A stretch of DNA of 64,000 bases from a virus: the IMG/VR virus record IMGVR_UViG_3300035142_000037, positions 1-64,000 of that record, one strand, 5' to 3'. Within the stretch, counting starts at the first letter, position 1, and the number at the start of each line of letters is the position of its first letter. The notes beneath the pieces were generated by a model that had not been told where the DNA came from, did no database searches, and saw only the letters and a list, made by a program, of their open reading frames with translations. The position numbers and the translations under genes were made by a program. Below, piece by piece: positions 1 to 10,009 of this stretch.

Positions 1-2
1 TA

Positions 3-791
3 GGATGTAAGAATAAATGTGCATTTTGTTTAACATCCTGGACAAATAAATATCAGAAAAATCGTATATTGAATATTGAAAAAGCTGTAGAATTAAAAAG
101 AGTATCTATTGTCTCAAATGATAATATTGGGATGGAAGATATTAAAGAAAGCAGAAAATCTATAAAGCTACGTGATTTTATAAGAATAAGAAATCATTAT
201 TGTAATTATTACAGGATTGGGCTTGAATTTGCAACTGAGAAAAATAGAAAATTGACTGGGAAGTTTTTTACAAATGAGGAATTGTATTATGCAGTTGTCA
301 AAGCATGTAAGGAAAAGGTAAGGATTCAATTTTTTTGTATTTGTGGATTAGATTCTAAAGAAGAATGGGAAGAATTGATTAATAACATTCCTGATTTAGC
401 GTATGGATGGGGAATCTATTTCAAATTTACAAATCTTGAATATCAGATGTTTACTCCAATTTATAAAAAAAGATATAATATTGATTTGTTAAAATATATG
501 AATCAGGATGATATAAATAAGATTTATTATAATAATAGATTTAGATTAAAACCTTTAAGAACACGACCTATAAAATATCCTGCTCATGCTTTATGGAGAA
601 CAGGTATGACAAATTCTATAGATAGAAAACAATTTAGCATATTCTGGAATTTGCGAAATAATAAAAATCTTGATATATTATATAAAGCAATTATAGAATC
701 GGAAATATTTGAAAATGATTATTCCGATACAATTGACTTTCAACATAACCCTGTAAAACAGGGTAAAAGCAGGGCTTATGGCACAAAGTAA
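3..791 (+). CDS. radical SAM domain protein, 5' end off-window
   Basis: Frame open from window edge; nt 6-29 encode C-KNK-C-AF-C (CxxxCxxC); overlaps next gene by 14 nt. Confidence 0.6.
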   Translation, partial: GCKNKCAFCLTSWTNKYQKNRILNIEKAVELKRVSIVSNDNIGMEDIKESRKSIKLRDFIRIRNHYCNYYRIGLEFATEKNRKLTGKFFTNEELYYAVVKACKEKVRIQFFCICGLDSKEEWEELINNIPDLAYGWGIYFKFTNLEYQMFTPIYKKRYNIDLLKYMNQDDINKIYYNNRFRLKPLRTRPIKYPAHALWRTGMTNSIDRKQFSIFWNLRNNKNLDILYKAIIESEIFENDYSDTIDFQHNPVKQGKSRAYGTK

Positions 792-1095
792 GACATCCTG
801 GAAACCTGGGCAATCAGGTAATCCGAAAGGGCGGGCAAAGAAAGATCAAACTCTCACGGCAGCATTAAAAAAGTTCGGGAAAAAGCGGGTTGTAGAAATA
901 GATGGGAAAAAGTATTCCAGAAAAGATGCACTTGCTATTATTATGTGGGAAATGGCTTTACGGCAGAGATATTTCCCGGCAATAAAGTATTTGTATGACA
1001 GAATGGATGGGCTGCCTAAGCAACAAATAGATGCAAATTTAGAGCATGGTGGAGAAATAATTATAAAAAGAATAAAGGCCGAAGATGAAGAATGA
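778..1095 (+). CDS. terminase small subunit-like protein
   Basis: 105 aa directly upstream of and overlapping terL; N-terminal GQSGNPKGR motif common in small terminase-like phage proteins. Confidence 0.45.
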   Translation: MAQSKTSWKPGQSGNPKGRAKKDQTLTAALKKFGKKRVVEIDGKKYSRKDALAIIMWEMALRQRYFPAIKYLYDRMDGLPKQQIDANLEHGGEIIIKRIKAEDEE

Positions 1096-2408
1096 CAAAA
1101 ACTATACATTTCCACGAAGATGTAATATGTCCTGTTTATCGGTCTTATCTTGATGATTATAAACGGTATAATGTATTTTATGGTGGGGCTTCATCTGGAA
1201 AAAGTTATTTTGCAGCTCAAAGAGATGTTTTTCGGTGTATAAGTGAACAGGGGCATAATTATCTTATTCTTAGAAAAGTTGACAGAACTTCAAAAGATTC
1301 TACTTTTGCGGATGTGAAGAAAATAATAACAGACTGGAATCTCTGGCCATATTTTAAAAAAAATGAAACCGAACAACGATTAAAATGTTTAATTACCGGA
1401 AATAATATGATTTTCAAGGGCTTGGATAATCCCGAGAAGATCAAGTCAATAACCTTTGAGACAGGGCCGGTCACTGATATCAGGATGGAAGAGGCAACCG
1501 AGTTTACATATGATGATTTTAATCAGATAAAACTTAGATTAAGGGGAGAGGCAAGAGTTCCTAAACAAATAACTTTGACTTTTAATCCTATATCGGCATT
1601 GCATTGGGCTAAGAAATACTTTTTTGACATACCGTTACCATTAGATAAATGCAGTATTTTGAAGACGACTTATAAAGATAATCCCTTTCTTGAACAGGAG
1701 GATATAGAAGAAATCGAACGGATAAAACAAGAGGATCCGACTTATTGGAAGGTATATGGTTTAGGTGAATGGGGGGTACTCGGGAATCTGGTATTTCATA
1801 ATTATGTGATTGAAGAGTTTGATTTCACGGTTAAGGAATTGCAGAATAATTGCTATGGTCAAGATTACGGGTTTAATCATGCTAACACTTTAATTCCTGT
1901 GGGGTTTTATGATGGGGAAATTTATATATGGAATGAAGTATATTTGCTTAAACATACGAATCCTGAGTTTATCCATGTAGTGAATAATACGCCTTGGTTC
2001 AGTAAGAAAAACAGGATTACTGCTGATAGTGCAGAACCGGACCGGATAACAGAATGGAAAAAACAAGGATATAGGGTTTACCCGGCGAAAAAGGGGAAGG
2101 GTTCTTTGAAAACCGGAATTGATTATCTTAGAAGTAAAAGAATTCATGTGCATAGAACAAAAGCACCAAATACAGCCAGGGAATTACAGTTATTCAAATA
2201 TAGAGAGAATTCAGATGGAACTCCTATCGATGAATTTGTAGAATTATTTGATGATTGTATTGCGGGGATGCGATATGCTACAGAATGGTTATGGTCAAAG
2301 GGATTTGGCCGGGCCAGGGCATCCACAGTGAAGAAAAAAAAGTATGAGGGCAGCGTGTTAGATAAGATAATAGAGGCAGAGAATCGGAGACACGGGAAAA
2401 AGGCTTGA
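1092..2408 (+). CDS. terL: terminase large subunit
   Basis: 438 aa; Walker A GGASSGKS near N-terminus; PBSX/TerL-like layout with C-terminal nuclease-type acidic motifs. Confidence 0.9.
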   Translation: MTKTIHFHEDVICPVYRSYLDDYKRYNVFYGGASSGKSYFAAQRDVFRCISEQGHNYLILRKVDRTSKDSTFADVKKIITDWNLWPYFKKNETEQRLKCLITGNNMIFKGLDNPEKIKSITFETGPVTDIRMEEATEFTYDDFNQIKLRLRGEARVPKQITLTFNPISALHWAKKYFFDIPLPLDKCSILKTTYKDNPFLEQEDIEEIERIKQEDPTYWKVYGLGEWGVLGNLVFHNYVIEEFDFTVKELQNNCYGQDYGFNHANTLIPVGFYDGEIYIWNEVYLLKHTNPEFIHVVNNTPWFSKKNRITADSAEPDRITEWKKQGYRVYPAKKGKGSLKTGIDYLRSKRIHVHRTKAPNTARELQLFKYRENSDGTPIDEFVELFDDCIAGMRYATEWLWSKGFGRARASTVKKKKYEGSVLDKIIEAENRRHGKKA

Positions 2409-2483
2409 CATTTACCGGGGAATTTAGTACTATTAGGTATGGTGTGTGAAATAACCAGAAAAATCTAACTCAAAGGAAAATAT

Positions 2484-2840
2484 ATGGAAACTACAAAGCA
2501 AAAATTATGTAGAAATTGTAAACATTATGATTATTCTAATTATAGTGATTGGGCGCATGATATTGTTTTTCATACATGTAGGCACCCAAAAGCTCCAAAA
2601 GGAAAAAAATATAATTCAGATAATTGTTTTGAGATAAATAAAAATAATGATTGTACATTGTTTGAAGCAGGAGAACCTATTAACTCGCCTTATTATAAAA
2701 AAGAAATTGAAAAACAAGAAGGCGTTATGAGAAGAAGAGCAAGTGCTAATATTTTTATGGCAACAAGCAAATTTGTAAATCCTGATAAATTTAAGAAAAA
2801 AGGATTTTTAAAAAGAATGTTTAAATCTATATTTGGTTAA
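2484..2840 (+). CDS. hypothetical Cys-rich protein
   Basis: 118 aa ORF, AAAGGAAAA SD-like tract upstream; CRNC...C..C pattern. Confidence 0.5.
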   Translation: METTKQKLCRNCKHYDYSNYSDWAHDIVFHTCRHPKAPKGKKYNSDNCFEINKNNDCTLFEAGEPINSPYYKKEIEKQEGVMRRRASANIFMATSKFVNPDKFKKKGFLKRMFKSIFG

Positions 2841-2846
2841 AACCAT

Positions 2847-2912
2847 AGCCCCCTGTCACCTTATCCTCCTAGGAGAAGGCACATCTTACACACACCAACA
2901 GGGGGCTTATTT
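2847..2912 (+). terminator. long hairpin terminator
   Basis: AGCCCCCTGT (2847-2856) pairs with ACAGGGGGCT (2898-2907), then TATTT. Confidence 0.45.
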
Positions 2913-2926
2913 GAAAAGAGAAGGAA

Positions 2927-3154
2927 ATGGAAAAAGGCAAATATGATCCGAAAGAACATGCAGAGTATATTTATAATATGGATTTGCATGAATGTTTAAG
3001 TTTTTCAGATGAATTATACGTAACACGAGTTCCAGGTGGATGGATTTATGATAGAGCAATGCGTGGTGAAGATCATAGTCAAATAGGATTTTTACAATCT
3101 ATGTTTGTCCCGTTTAATACTGAATTTCGAGAAATATCAATAGAAGATTCATAA
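2927..3154 (+). CDS. hypothetical protein
   Basis: 75 aa ORF with GAGAAGGAA upstream. Confidence 0.5.
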   Translation: MEKGKYDPKEHAEYIYNMDLHECLSFSDELYVTRVPGGWIYDRAMRGEDHSQIGFLQSMFVPFNTEFREISIEDS

Positions 3155-3177
3155 ATATCAGTAAAAGTAAAAAATCC

Positions 3178-3206
3178 TTGCAATATTTTATAAATAATGC
3201 TATACT
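3178..3206 (+). promoter_or_regulatory. promoter TTGCAA-17-TATACT, near-leaderless for 3214
   Basis: -10 ends 7 nt before the ATG; upstream ATCAGTAAAA box shared with 21773 promoter. Confidence 0.5.
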
Positions 3207-3213
3207 CTAAGAA

Positions 3214-4662
3214 ATGCCTATATTCACCCAACCCAGGGGAACCTGGATAGATGAATCACTTATCGATCATAACCTATTAAACAATCTGCAAGGGGGGCAG
3301 GCCGGACAATACTATCATTTTACGGCTGCTGAATATGTAGATTTCGGCAATATACCCACAACTTATTTAAAACTTGATGCTTCAAATGACCCGGTAACCG
3401 GACAATTAGATATGTCAAATCATATAATACCTACAACAAAAGCTTTATATGACCTGGGCAGCTCATCTCTTTTCTGGAGAACCCTTTACTTAAGTAATAA
3501 CGGCGGGAATGTTGCTTTATGCGAAGGGGTTCAGTCCGGGGGTGGGCCTACTAATTACACTTTCAATTGTGGTGGTGGCCAGTTCGGAGGTGATCAAAAT
3601 CAAGGTGGGACGTTTACTTTCAAGATGAATGATATTTCAAGTTCATTAGGTACATGCAGAAATTTTCTTGTATTAGATCCGGGCAGACCGGATGTTTTTG
3701 CAGCCGGGACAACCAATGATGTTATTTTCCAGGCTTATAATGGGATAGCCACATATGGTTTTGTATCTAGCTTTGGCGGTTGGAATGATATTGAATACGG
3801 GCTTGAACTACGCAGGATATCAGGGACGGAAACCTTTGCGAAAACACTGATATTTGATAATCAAATTCCGGTAAGCGATTTTAGGCGGTCGATAGATTTT
3901 AGAATCGGCAGTGTAAATAAATTGACTATCGAAAATGATGGAACAGTCTTAGCTGTGGATAGGCTCCAAACTCCATTTTTAAATGCGACAGTGATTACAA
4001 ATGGGTTCAGTATTGGTATAGAAGGAGCGGGCACTTCATCATGGACTGGATATCCTAATTTTTTTGGACTTAATTGGTTTGATTATATAACAGTGTTTTC
4101 CACAACGACCAATCTACCAATGTGTTTGGGAATATTTCCAAATGGAACAGGTAATGCTGGTTATGTAAATGTGTACAATAATGGTAATATAGGTGCAACC
4201 GCCTGGTTAGAAATGGGTGTAAGAGGGGCTATTGCTGAATTGGTCGTCCGGGATTTTTCACAAACTACAAATATCACAACGCTTAATATTGGAAGTGGCG
4301 GGAATGATTTTCCTACATTTGATGTCACCTGTACTACGCTGACAGACATCAATCTGATTTTTGCCGGGGTAACATATTATAATTTTACTTCAACCTTATT
4401 GACTTTTTCAGATGCGGTGAATATGGCATTTAACACAGCAACCGGAACAAAAATAGGGACAGCGACAAATCAGAAATTAGCTTTCTATAATTCAATACCT
4501 ATCGTACAGCCTTCCAGTACTGGGCAAACAGCCGGACATACCGGAGGTGTAGGAGCAAATATACAAGTGGATTCAACTTTTACTGGGGGTGTCGGAGCAA
4601 TAGCATATACGATAGGGGATATAGTAAGACATCTAAAAAACTTAGGTTTAATCGCTGCATAG
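3214..4662 (+). CDS. fibre-like structural protein
   Basis: 482 aa; N-terminal DHNLLNNLQGG..YYHFT resembles the H..L.NL...H motif of phage fibre N-termini; Gly/Thr/Asn-rich; start codon 7 nt after a -10 box (near-leaderless). Confidence 0.5.
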   Translation: MPIFTQPRGTWIDESLIDHNLLNNLQGGQAGQYYHFTAAEYVDFGNIPTTYLKLDASNDPVTGQLDMSNHIIPTTKALYDLGSSSLFWRTLYLSNNGGNVALCEGVQSGGGPTNYTFNCGGGQFGGDQNQGGTFTFKMNDISSSLGTCRNFLVLDPGRPDVFAAGTTNDVIFQAYNGIATYGFVSSFGGWNDIEYGLELRRISGTETFAKTLIFDNQIPVSDFRRSIDFRIGSVNKLTIENDGTVLAVDRLQTPFLNATVITNGFSIGIEGAGTSSWTGYPNFFGLNWFDYITVFSTTTNLPMCLGIFPNGTGNAGYVNVYNNGNIGATAWLEMGVRGAIAELVVRDFSQTTNITTLNIGSGGNDFPTFDVTCTTLTDINLIFAGVTYYNFTSTLLTFSDAVNMAFNTATGTKIGTATNQKLAFYNSIPIVQPSSTGQTAGHTGGVGANIQVDSTFTGGVGAIAYTIGDIVRHLKNLGLIAA

Positions 4663-4670
4663 GAGGAAAT

Positions 4671-4964
4671 ATGGCTTTACAGATGAGGCAAACAAGCTTT
4701 ATTACAAAATTATCTTTATTTGTTAATAAAATGGAAGCATTATGGTATGAAGGTATGTGTCTTGAGAAATGTTTTGATGAGGAATTTGATACTGAAAAAG
4801 ACAACGCTTTAGATGAGGTAACGCAGGATATAGAAAATAGTTATGGTTTCAGCGCTACAAACATAGAAGATGCAATCACGGCGATAAAACAATTTAGAAA
4901 TTATTATGAAGGAAATGCCGTTATTACCAATGAATATGGAAAGGATATACGCCGAATAAAATGA
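4671..4964 (+). CDS. hypothetical protein
   Basis: 97 aa, GGAGG SD upstream. Confidence 0.5.
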   Translation: MALQMRQTSFITKLSLFVNKMEALWYEGMCLEKCFDEEFDTEKDNALDEVTQDIENSYGFSATNIEDAITAIKQFRNYYEGNAVITNEYGKDIRRIK

Positions 4965-5209
4965 GCGGAATAAATCAACAGATACAAGCAGCGCAATTAC
5001 TCGGGAAGGAAATTATTGAAGAATACAAAATGATTGAAGGTAATTTTTGCGTTGTAGTCATAATAAAGGCTGGAAAAGATCAGTCGTTTCCTATCCCCAT
5101 GAAAAAAGAAGAAGTTCTGAAAAAGCTTGAAAAGGAAAAAACTGATTTACAAACCCGATTAAAAAAGGTAGAATCTGATATAAAAACGATTAAAGGAATG
5201 AAATGTTGA
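4961..5209 (+). CDS. hypothetical coiled-coil protein
   Basis: 82 aa, ATGA overlap with upstream stop. Confidence 0.5.
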   Translation: MSGINQQIQAAQLLGKEIIEEYKMIEGNFCVVVIIKAGKDQSFPIPMKKEEVLKKLEKEKTDLQTRLKKVESDIKTIKGMKC

Positions 5210-5628
5210 TAGTGTCATTCTTTACAGAGCAGGGAGCGCCGAAAATCGGATTATCACCAACCGTGGATATTGTAGATATAGAAGCGGATAGTCTGGTAGT
5301 GAATGGAGCTACTATGTCTGCATTAACTACTATGACTCATTGTTATACATATAATTTTACCGGGTATAATGAGTTAAAAAAATATGCAATTACCGTGGAT
5401 GGAGGGGGAGCTTTAAATAATCTTGACCGGTATCAATATGCTGACAATATAGGCGGTGACGTGGAAATGGTACGAAAAAAAATTACGAATACCGGGGAAC
5501 TGGATGGAAGTAATAATATATTTACTGACTATGATGATGATCAAGTAACAGCTTTGCGGACCTTTATATTTAAGGACATCAACGGAAATCCGACAAATCG
5601 GAATGTGTTTAAAAAGGAACGTAATTGA
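5203..5628 (+). CDS. hypothetical protein
   Basis: 141 aa, AAAGGAA SD-like tract upstream. Confidence 0.5.
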   Translation: MLIVSFFTEQGAPKIGLSPTVDIVDIEADSLVVNGATMSALTTMTHCYTYNFTGYNELKKYAITVDGGGALNNLDRYQYADNIGGDVEMVRKKITNTGELDGSNNIFTDYDDDQVTALRTFIFKDINGNPTNRNVFKKERN

Positions 5629-5825
5629 GTTTTATAGTAAGCGAAGGATATGGACCGGAGGGCATGACAGACGATAGCGTAGGCGTAGATTTTGGCATAG
5701 ATAACGAAATTACCATGACTATGAATTTAGCTGTGGATGATAATGAAATAGCCATTAAAATTTCAGATGACAATATTGAAATAAGCCTGGATGTAATCAA
5801 CATAGACGTGGATATAGGAGAATAA
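5625..5825 (+). CDS. hypothetical acidic protein
   Basis: 66 aa, TTG start overlapping upstream stop; start uncertain. Confidence 0.35.
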   Translation: MSFIVSEGYGPEGMTDDSVGVDFGIDNEITMTMNLAVDDNEIAIKISDDNIEISLDVINIDVDIGE

Positions 5826-5826
5826 C

Positions 5827-6168
5827 ATGGCAGATATAACGATAAAAAAAGGTGAAGGTAAATGGTTGCAATTTACGATTACCCGGGATAATGATGTAAT
5901 AGACCTGTCCGCAGCAACTTTCAAACTCGGAATAAAAGCTGATATAGATGATGTGGCTTATCTTATTGAAAAGACAACGGTAGATTTCGACACATCACAA
6001 GCAGCCGTGGGAATTGTCCGGGTAAATCTTAGTGCTACGGACACGGATGGATTGACCGGAGACACAACTTACAAAATGGAACTTAAGATTATCATAACAG
6101 CAGATGTTGACGTGGATAAATCTGTGACTTATGATTTGCGTATAGAAAAATCTGTTATACATGATTAA
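5827..6168 (+). CDS. hypothetical protein, possible Ig-like/beta-sandwich virion domain
   Basis: 113 aa, GGAG SD; alternating beta-strand-like pattern typical of phage decoration/fibre domains. Confidence 0.45.
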   Translation: MADITIKKGEGKWLQFTITRDNDVIDLSAATFKLGIKADIDDVAYLIEKTTVDFDTSQAAVGIVRVNLSATDTDGLTGDTTYKMELKIIITADVDVDKSVTYDLRIEKSVIHD

Positions 6169-6177
6169 GGAGGGATT

Positions 6178-6552
6178 ATGAGTTGGCTTGAAAATAGAAC
6201 GTTACCGGTAGCAAAACGCAAGCACTACCAGGTATATTACCGGGGTGCAAGCGGGATGAGCGATTACCTTAGTTTAGGAGTGCCATTCATTCTAAACGCT
6301 GTGATATTTATAATGTCTGCTGCTCATCCGAGTGTAGAATATATGCATTGGTATCTTGTATATTCGCAGTTTTCGTTTGTATTGAAATTCTTTTCTACGG
6401 GAAACCTTAGCACTTCCTTTGCAGCAATATACAGGGCGGAAGGAAGTCAAATATATTTAGGAGCTTATGACCGGATACTGTTTTCTATGACGTTATCTGG
6501 GACAAATACAAACTGGAATATGATTGTAGATGGATGGTCGGTGATTGAATGA
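6178..6552 (+). CDS. hypothetical protein
   Basis: 124 aa, AAGGAGGG SD. Confidence 0.45.
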   Translation: MSWLENRTLPVAKRKHYQVYYRGASGMSDYLSLGVPFILNAVIFIMSAAHPSVEYMHWYLVYSQFSFVLKFFSTGNLSTSFAAIYRAEGSQIYLGAYDRILFSMTLSGTNTNWNMIVDGWSVIE

Positions 6553-6857
6553 TGGAAAAATATCTAACTTTTTTAGTAAAAGAAAATAGAATTGGAATAT
6601 TTAAGATTACACAGACTTTATTGGAAAATATTTCAAGAAAGAGAATAAATGCAATTTTCAAAGATGTTATAATAACCCATGCAAAAAGTTTTTATCATAA
6701 TAAACAAATAGAATATGCAGGATATTCAATACATTTTGAGGCAATTAAAGAAGGTGATAAAATACCTGTTTACACATTTGAATGTGAAATTGATAAGAAT
6801 TATAATATTGTAAAATCAAAATGGGTAAAAGTAGAAGGTGAATATGGGTTTTCTTGA
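6549..6857 (+). CDS. hypothetical protein
   Basis: 102 aa, overlaps upstream stop. Confidence 0.45.
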   Translation: MMEKYLTFLVKENRIGIFKITQTLLENISRKRINAIFKDVIITHAKSFYHNKQIEYAGYSIHFEAIKEGDKIPVYTFECEIDKNYNIVKSKWVKVEGEYGFS

Positions 6858-8166
6858 TTGGTTCCGAAAAAAAGAGCCAGTATTAAAAAAACAATACTCT
6901 GGGGTTGCTACTACAAAGATGGGACAGGTAAAGTGGTCTGGTAAGGATTATGAAAACTTTGCTAAGGAAGCCTACATAAAAAATGTAATAGCTTTTCGAT
7001 GTATATATGAGATAGCGAAATCCGGGGCGCAAGTTGAATGGAGTATTAAACGGGAAGTAAACGGAAAAAAGGAAAAAGTAACCGGGACACCTTACGACCA
7101 TCTTATAAAACGACCAAATCATGAGGATTCATTTGGATTTCTTATGATGAAAACTATATCTTTCTGGGAAATAGCAGGCAATACATATCCCCGGCAAGTA
7201 TTAAGGCAGACAGGTGAAGACAAGGGAATTCCCCTTGAATTGCATGTAATGCGGCCAGATAAAATGTCAATAATATGTAATGATAATGGTGTTATTACAG
7301 GATATAAATATACGAAAAGCTTTGGGAATGAAATAATTTATCCTGTGGATCCAATAACAGGGGAATCAGAAATCCTGCAAATAAAATGGTTCAATCCAGT
7401 AGATGAGTTATACGGCCTTTCTCCGGTAGAACCCGGTAGCATGTCAATAGACACAAATAACGAAGCGACAAAATGGAATATGCGGTTATTGCAGAATGAG
7501 GCCCGGATAGGGCTTATTTATTTATTCAACGGGATTCTAAGCGAAGATGATTACGATAAGGTTGTGGAAAATATCCGAGATTTTGAGGGTGCGGATAATG
7601 CCGGGAAATCTTTGGTGCTTGAATCAGAGAATGCGGTTGATGTAAAACCTTATGCATGGAATCCGAAAGAAATCGATTTTATCGAAGGCTGGAGACAAAC
7701 GGCCAGGTCTACATGTTTCGCTTTTGGTATGCCGCCGCAATTGGTAGGAATACCGGGTGATAATACTTATAGCAATTATAAGGAAGCCAGACAAGCACTT
7801 TGGGAAGAGACAAATCTGTTTACACTTAATTTATTGAGAGGTGAATTGAATAATTGGCTTTTCAAAACAGATGAATCCGGGCTGATGATAGACTATGATA
7901 CCGATAACGTCCCTGCCTTGGCAGAAAAACAGACTATGTTATGGAAACGGGCGGAAGAGAGTAATTTTCTTACCATAAACGAAAAGCGAGAAATGGTAGG
8001 AAAAGATCCGGTTCCTGGGGGCGATGTATTACTTGTACCCGCAAATATGCTACCACTGGGTGGGGAGCCGGTCCCGCAAGAGCCGGAACCTGGACAGGCC
8101 GGAAAAATACTGAATATGGATGATAAGCAGGCCCGGGTATTAATGGGTATAGAAGGAAAAACTTAG
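6838..8166 (+). CDS. portal protein (HK97-type)
   Basis: 442 aa; size, position before MuF-like protein, protease and capsid; conserved portal-like core (..YGLSP.., ..GMPP.L.G..). Confidence 0.85.
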   Translation: MNMGFLDWFRKKEPVLKKQYSGVATTKMGQVKWSGKDYENFAKEAYIKNVIAFRCIYEIAKSGAQVEWSIKREVNGKKEKVTGTPYDHLIKRPNHEDSFGFLMMKTISFWEIAGNTYPRQVLRQTGEDKGIPLELHVMRPDKMSIICNDNGVITGYKYTKSFGNEIIYPVDPITGESEILQIKWFNPVDELYGLSPVEPGSMSIDTNNEATKWNMRLLQNEARIGLIYLFNGILSEDDYDKVVENIRDFEGADNAGKSLVLESENAVDVKPYAWNPKEIDFIEGWRQTARSTCFAFGMPPQLVGIPGDNTYSNYKEARQALWEETNLFTLNLLRGELNNWLFKTDESGLMIDYDTDNVPALAEKQTMLWKRAEESNFLTINEKREMVGKDPVPGGDVLLVPANMLPLGGEPVPQEPEPGQAGKILNMDDKQARVLMGIEGKT

Positions 8167-8218
8167 AAAGGAAAAAGTACTTGCATTTATTACAGGAAAG
8201 GTATAAACTACTATACAA

Positions 8219-8974
8219 ATGTTGAATATAATTGCAAATAAAGCACGTCGACAGTACTGGAGAGAATACAATCAAGGATTAATTAACTTTGAACGCAATA
8301 TGTACAGGCGTATTTTTGCATCCCTAAAAAAACAATACCGGGCTGCCGCCAGGAATATAGAAGAAAACCAGCTAAATGAGATAGACTGGACTATTGATGA
8401 CCATAACCCGGAAATGTATTTAATATATGTAGAAGAATTTCAGAGACTCGGGGCCGTGTATAATGAAGATGTACAGGACCGGGTAAATCAAAAAGCAGTT
8501 GATACGGTATTCTGGACCTTCTTTTTCGGATGGATAAGGCGGTATGCAGCCGAAAAAGTGGTACAAATAAGCCTGACTACAAAAAATATCCTGAAAAGAT
8601 TAATAAAACTTGGTGAAGAAAACGGATTAAGCTACCGGGAAATAGGAAAAGATATTCTGGAAAAAACGGAAATACTGACCATGTACCGGGCTGCTAAGAT
8701 ATCACGAACAGAAGTACACACCGGAACTAATACGGCAATACATGAATCAGTGCGGGCTTTGGGAACTATTGATGAGAAAGAATGGCTTGCAGCTATGGAT
8801 ATAAGGACACGGCAAGAACATATGGACGCAGATGGGGAACGGGTAGGCATGAATGAAATGTATATGATGACCGGGGAACCTATGCGGTACCCAGGGGATC
8901 CAGCCGGAAGTGCATGGAATGTAATACATTGCCGGTGTGCAGAACTTTTCCACACAAGGAGGTTGGTTGCATGA
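8219..8974 (+). CDS. head morphogenesis protein (Mu gpF / SPP1 gp7 family)
   Basis: 251 aa; SRTEVHTGTN..., D.RTR.EH...DG, HCRC motifs typical of the family. Confidence 0.8.
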   Translation: MLNIIANKARRQYWREYNQGLINFERNMYRRIFASLKKQYRAAARNIEENQLNEIDWTIDDHNPEMYLIYVEEFQRLGAVYNEDVQDRVNQKAVDTVFWTFFFGWIRRYAAEKVVQISLTTKNILKRLIKLGEENGLSYREIGKDILEKTEILTMYRAAKISRTEVHTGTNTAIHESVRALGTIDEKEWLAAMDIRTRQEHMDADGERVGMNEMYMMTGEPMRYPGDPAGSAWNVIHCRCAELFHTRRLVA

Positions 8975-9990
8975 GTGATTTAAGACAGATATTTATTCCT
9001 GTTGAGGATTTACCATATAGCGTGAAAGATGTAGCTTTAGCAGATTGTGAAATTAAAATACTTGAAGAGGGAATTGTAACTGGATATGCAGCAACTTTTC
9101 ATAAAAAACCTGATTTGGGCGGGGACGTTATAGAACCAGGGGCTTTTCTTGAAACAATTAAAAATGGTGGTGTACATGGAAATGGTATAAAAGTTTTATG
9201 GCAACATCAGCATATGAAACCTATCGGGATTCCCTTGGAGATGAAAGAGGACAAACGGGGATTATTTGTAAAAACACAATTGGGAATGGAAACGCAGGAC
9301 GGCCACGATGCCTTTATTTGGGCAAAGATGGGCGCTATTGACGGACATTCAATAGGTTATAAAATATATGATTTCAGAAGAAATGATGAAGACAAAAATA
9401 AAGTTAGTAGATATTTAAAAAAACTCGGATTATATGAATATTCATTTGTTACCTTTGCCATGAATCCACGGGCAGGAATAACAAATGTTAAAACAGCTAT
9501 AAAGACAGCAAAAACTGAGAGAGAACTTGAAAGAGCCTTGCGGGATGCAGGGTTGTCAAAATCGGAAGCTCAATACGTGGTTGCGCTTTGCAAACCTAAA
9601 TTGAGACTGGCCGGTGAAGGAAACTTAAAGGATTTGCTGAAAACTATACAAAGTGTTAATGCAGACCTTCTATTAACACATATACTTAATTCTGCGGGAA
9701 GCGGAAAAGAGTATACATGGGAAGAAATGAAACCCTATGCAAATGAGCATTCATGCAGGTTGCAGGATCCAGGGAAATACAAAAAATTTCGTAGACAAAA
9801 TAATGCAGCAACAGTAGATGGAAAACGGATTGATTTTATTTATGGGATTTTAGCAGCTAACAAGTCAGAATTGCAGGCTATCAGATATCCGAAGGATATT
9901 TGGGAGGCTTCATCTGCACGGAGTCATTGCAAATCAAAAGGAGGTAATTTTGAACAGGCAAGCGGGAAGTTTGTTTGTAATTTAGAATAA
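8971..9990 (+). CDS. prohead protease (HK97 family) with C-terminal extension
   Basis: ATGA-coupled start with AAGGAGG SD; GYAATF...DLGGDVIEPGAF N-terminal signature; about 150 aa extra C-terminal region. Confidence 0.8.
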   Translation: MSDLRQIFIPVEDLPYSVKDVALADCEIKILEEGIVTGYAATFHKKPDLGGDVIEPGAFLETIKNGGVHGNGIKVLWQHQHMKPIGIPLEMKEDKRGLFVKTQLGMETQDGHDAFIWAKMGAIDGHSIGYKIYDFRRNDEDKNKVSRYLKKLGLYEYSFVTFAMNPRAGITNVKTAIKTAKTERELERALRDAGLSKSEAQYVVALCKPKLRLAGEGNLKDLLKTIQSVNADLLLTHILNSAGSGKEYTWEEMKPYANEHSCRLQDPGKYKKFRRQNNAATVDGKRIDFIYGILAANKSELQAIRYPKDIWEASSARSHCKSKGGNFEQASGKFVCNLE

Positions 9991-10009
9991 CAGAAAGGAA
10001 AACTCATTT

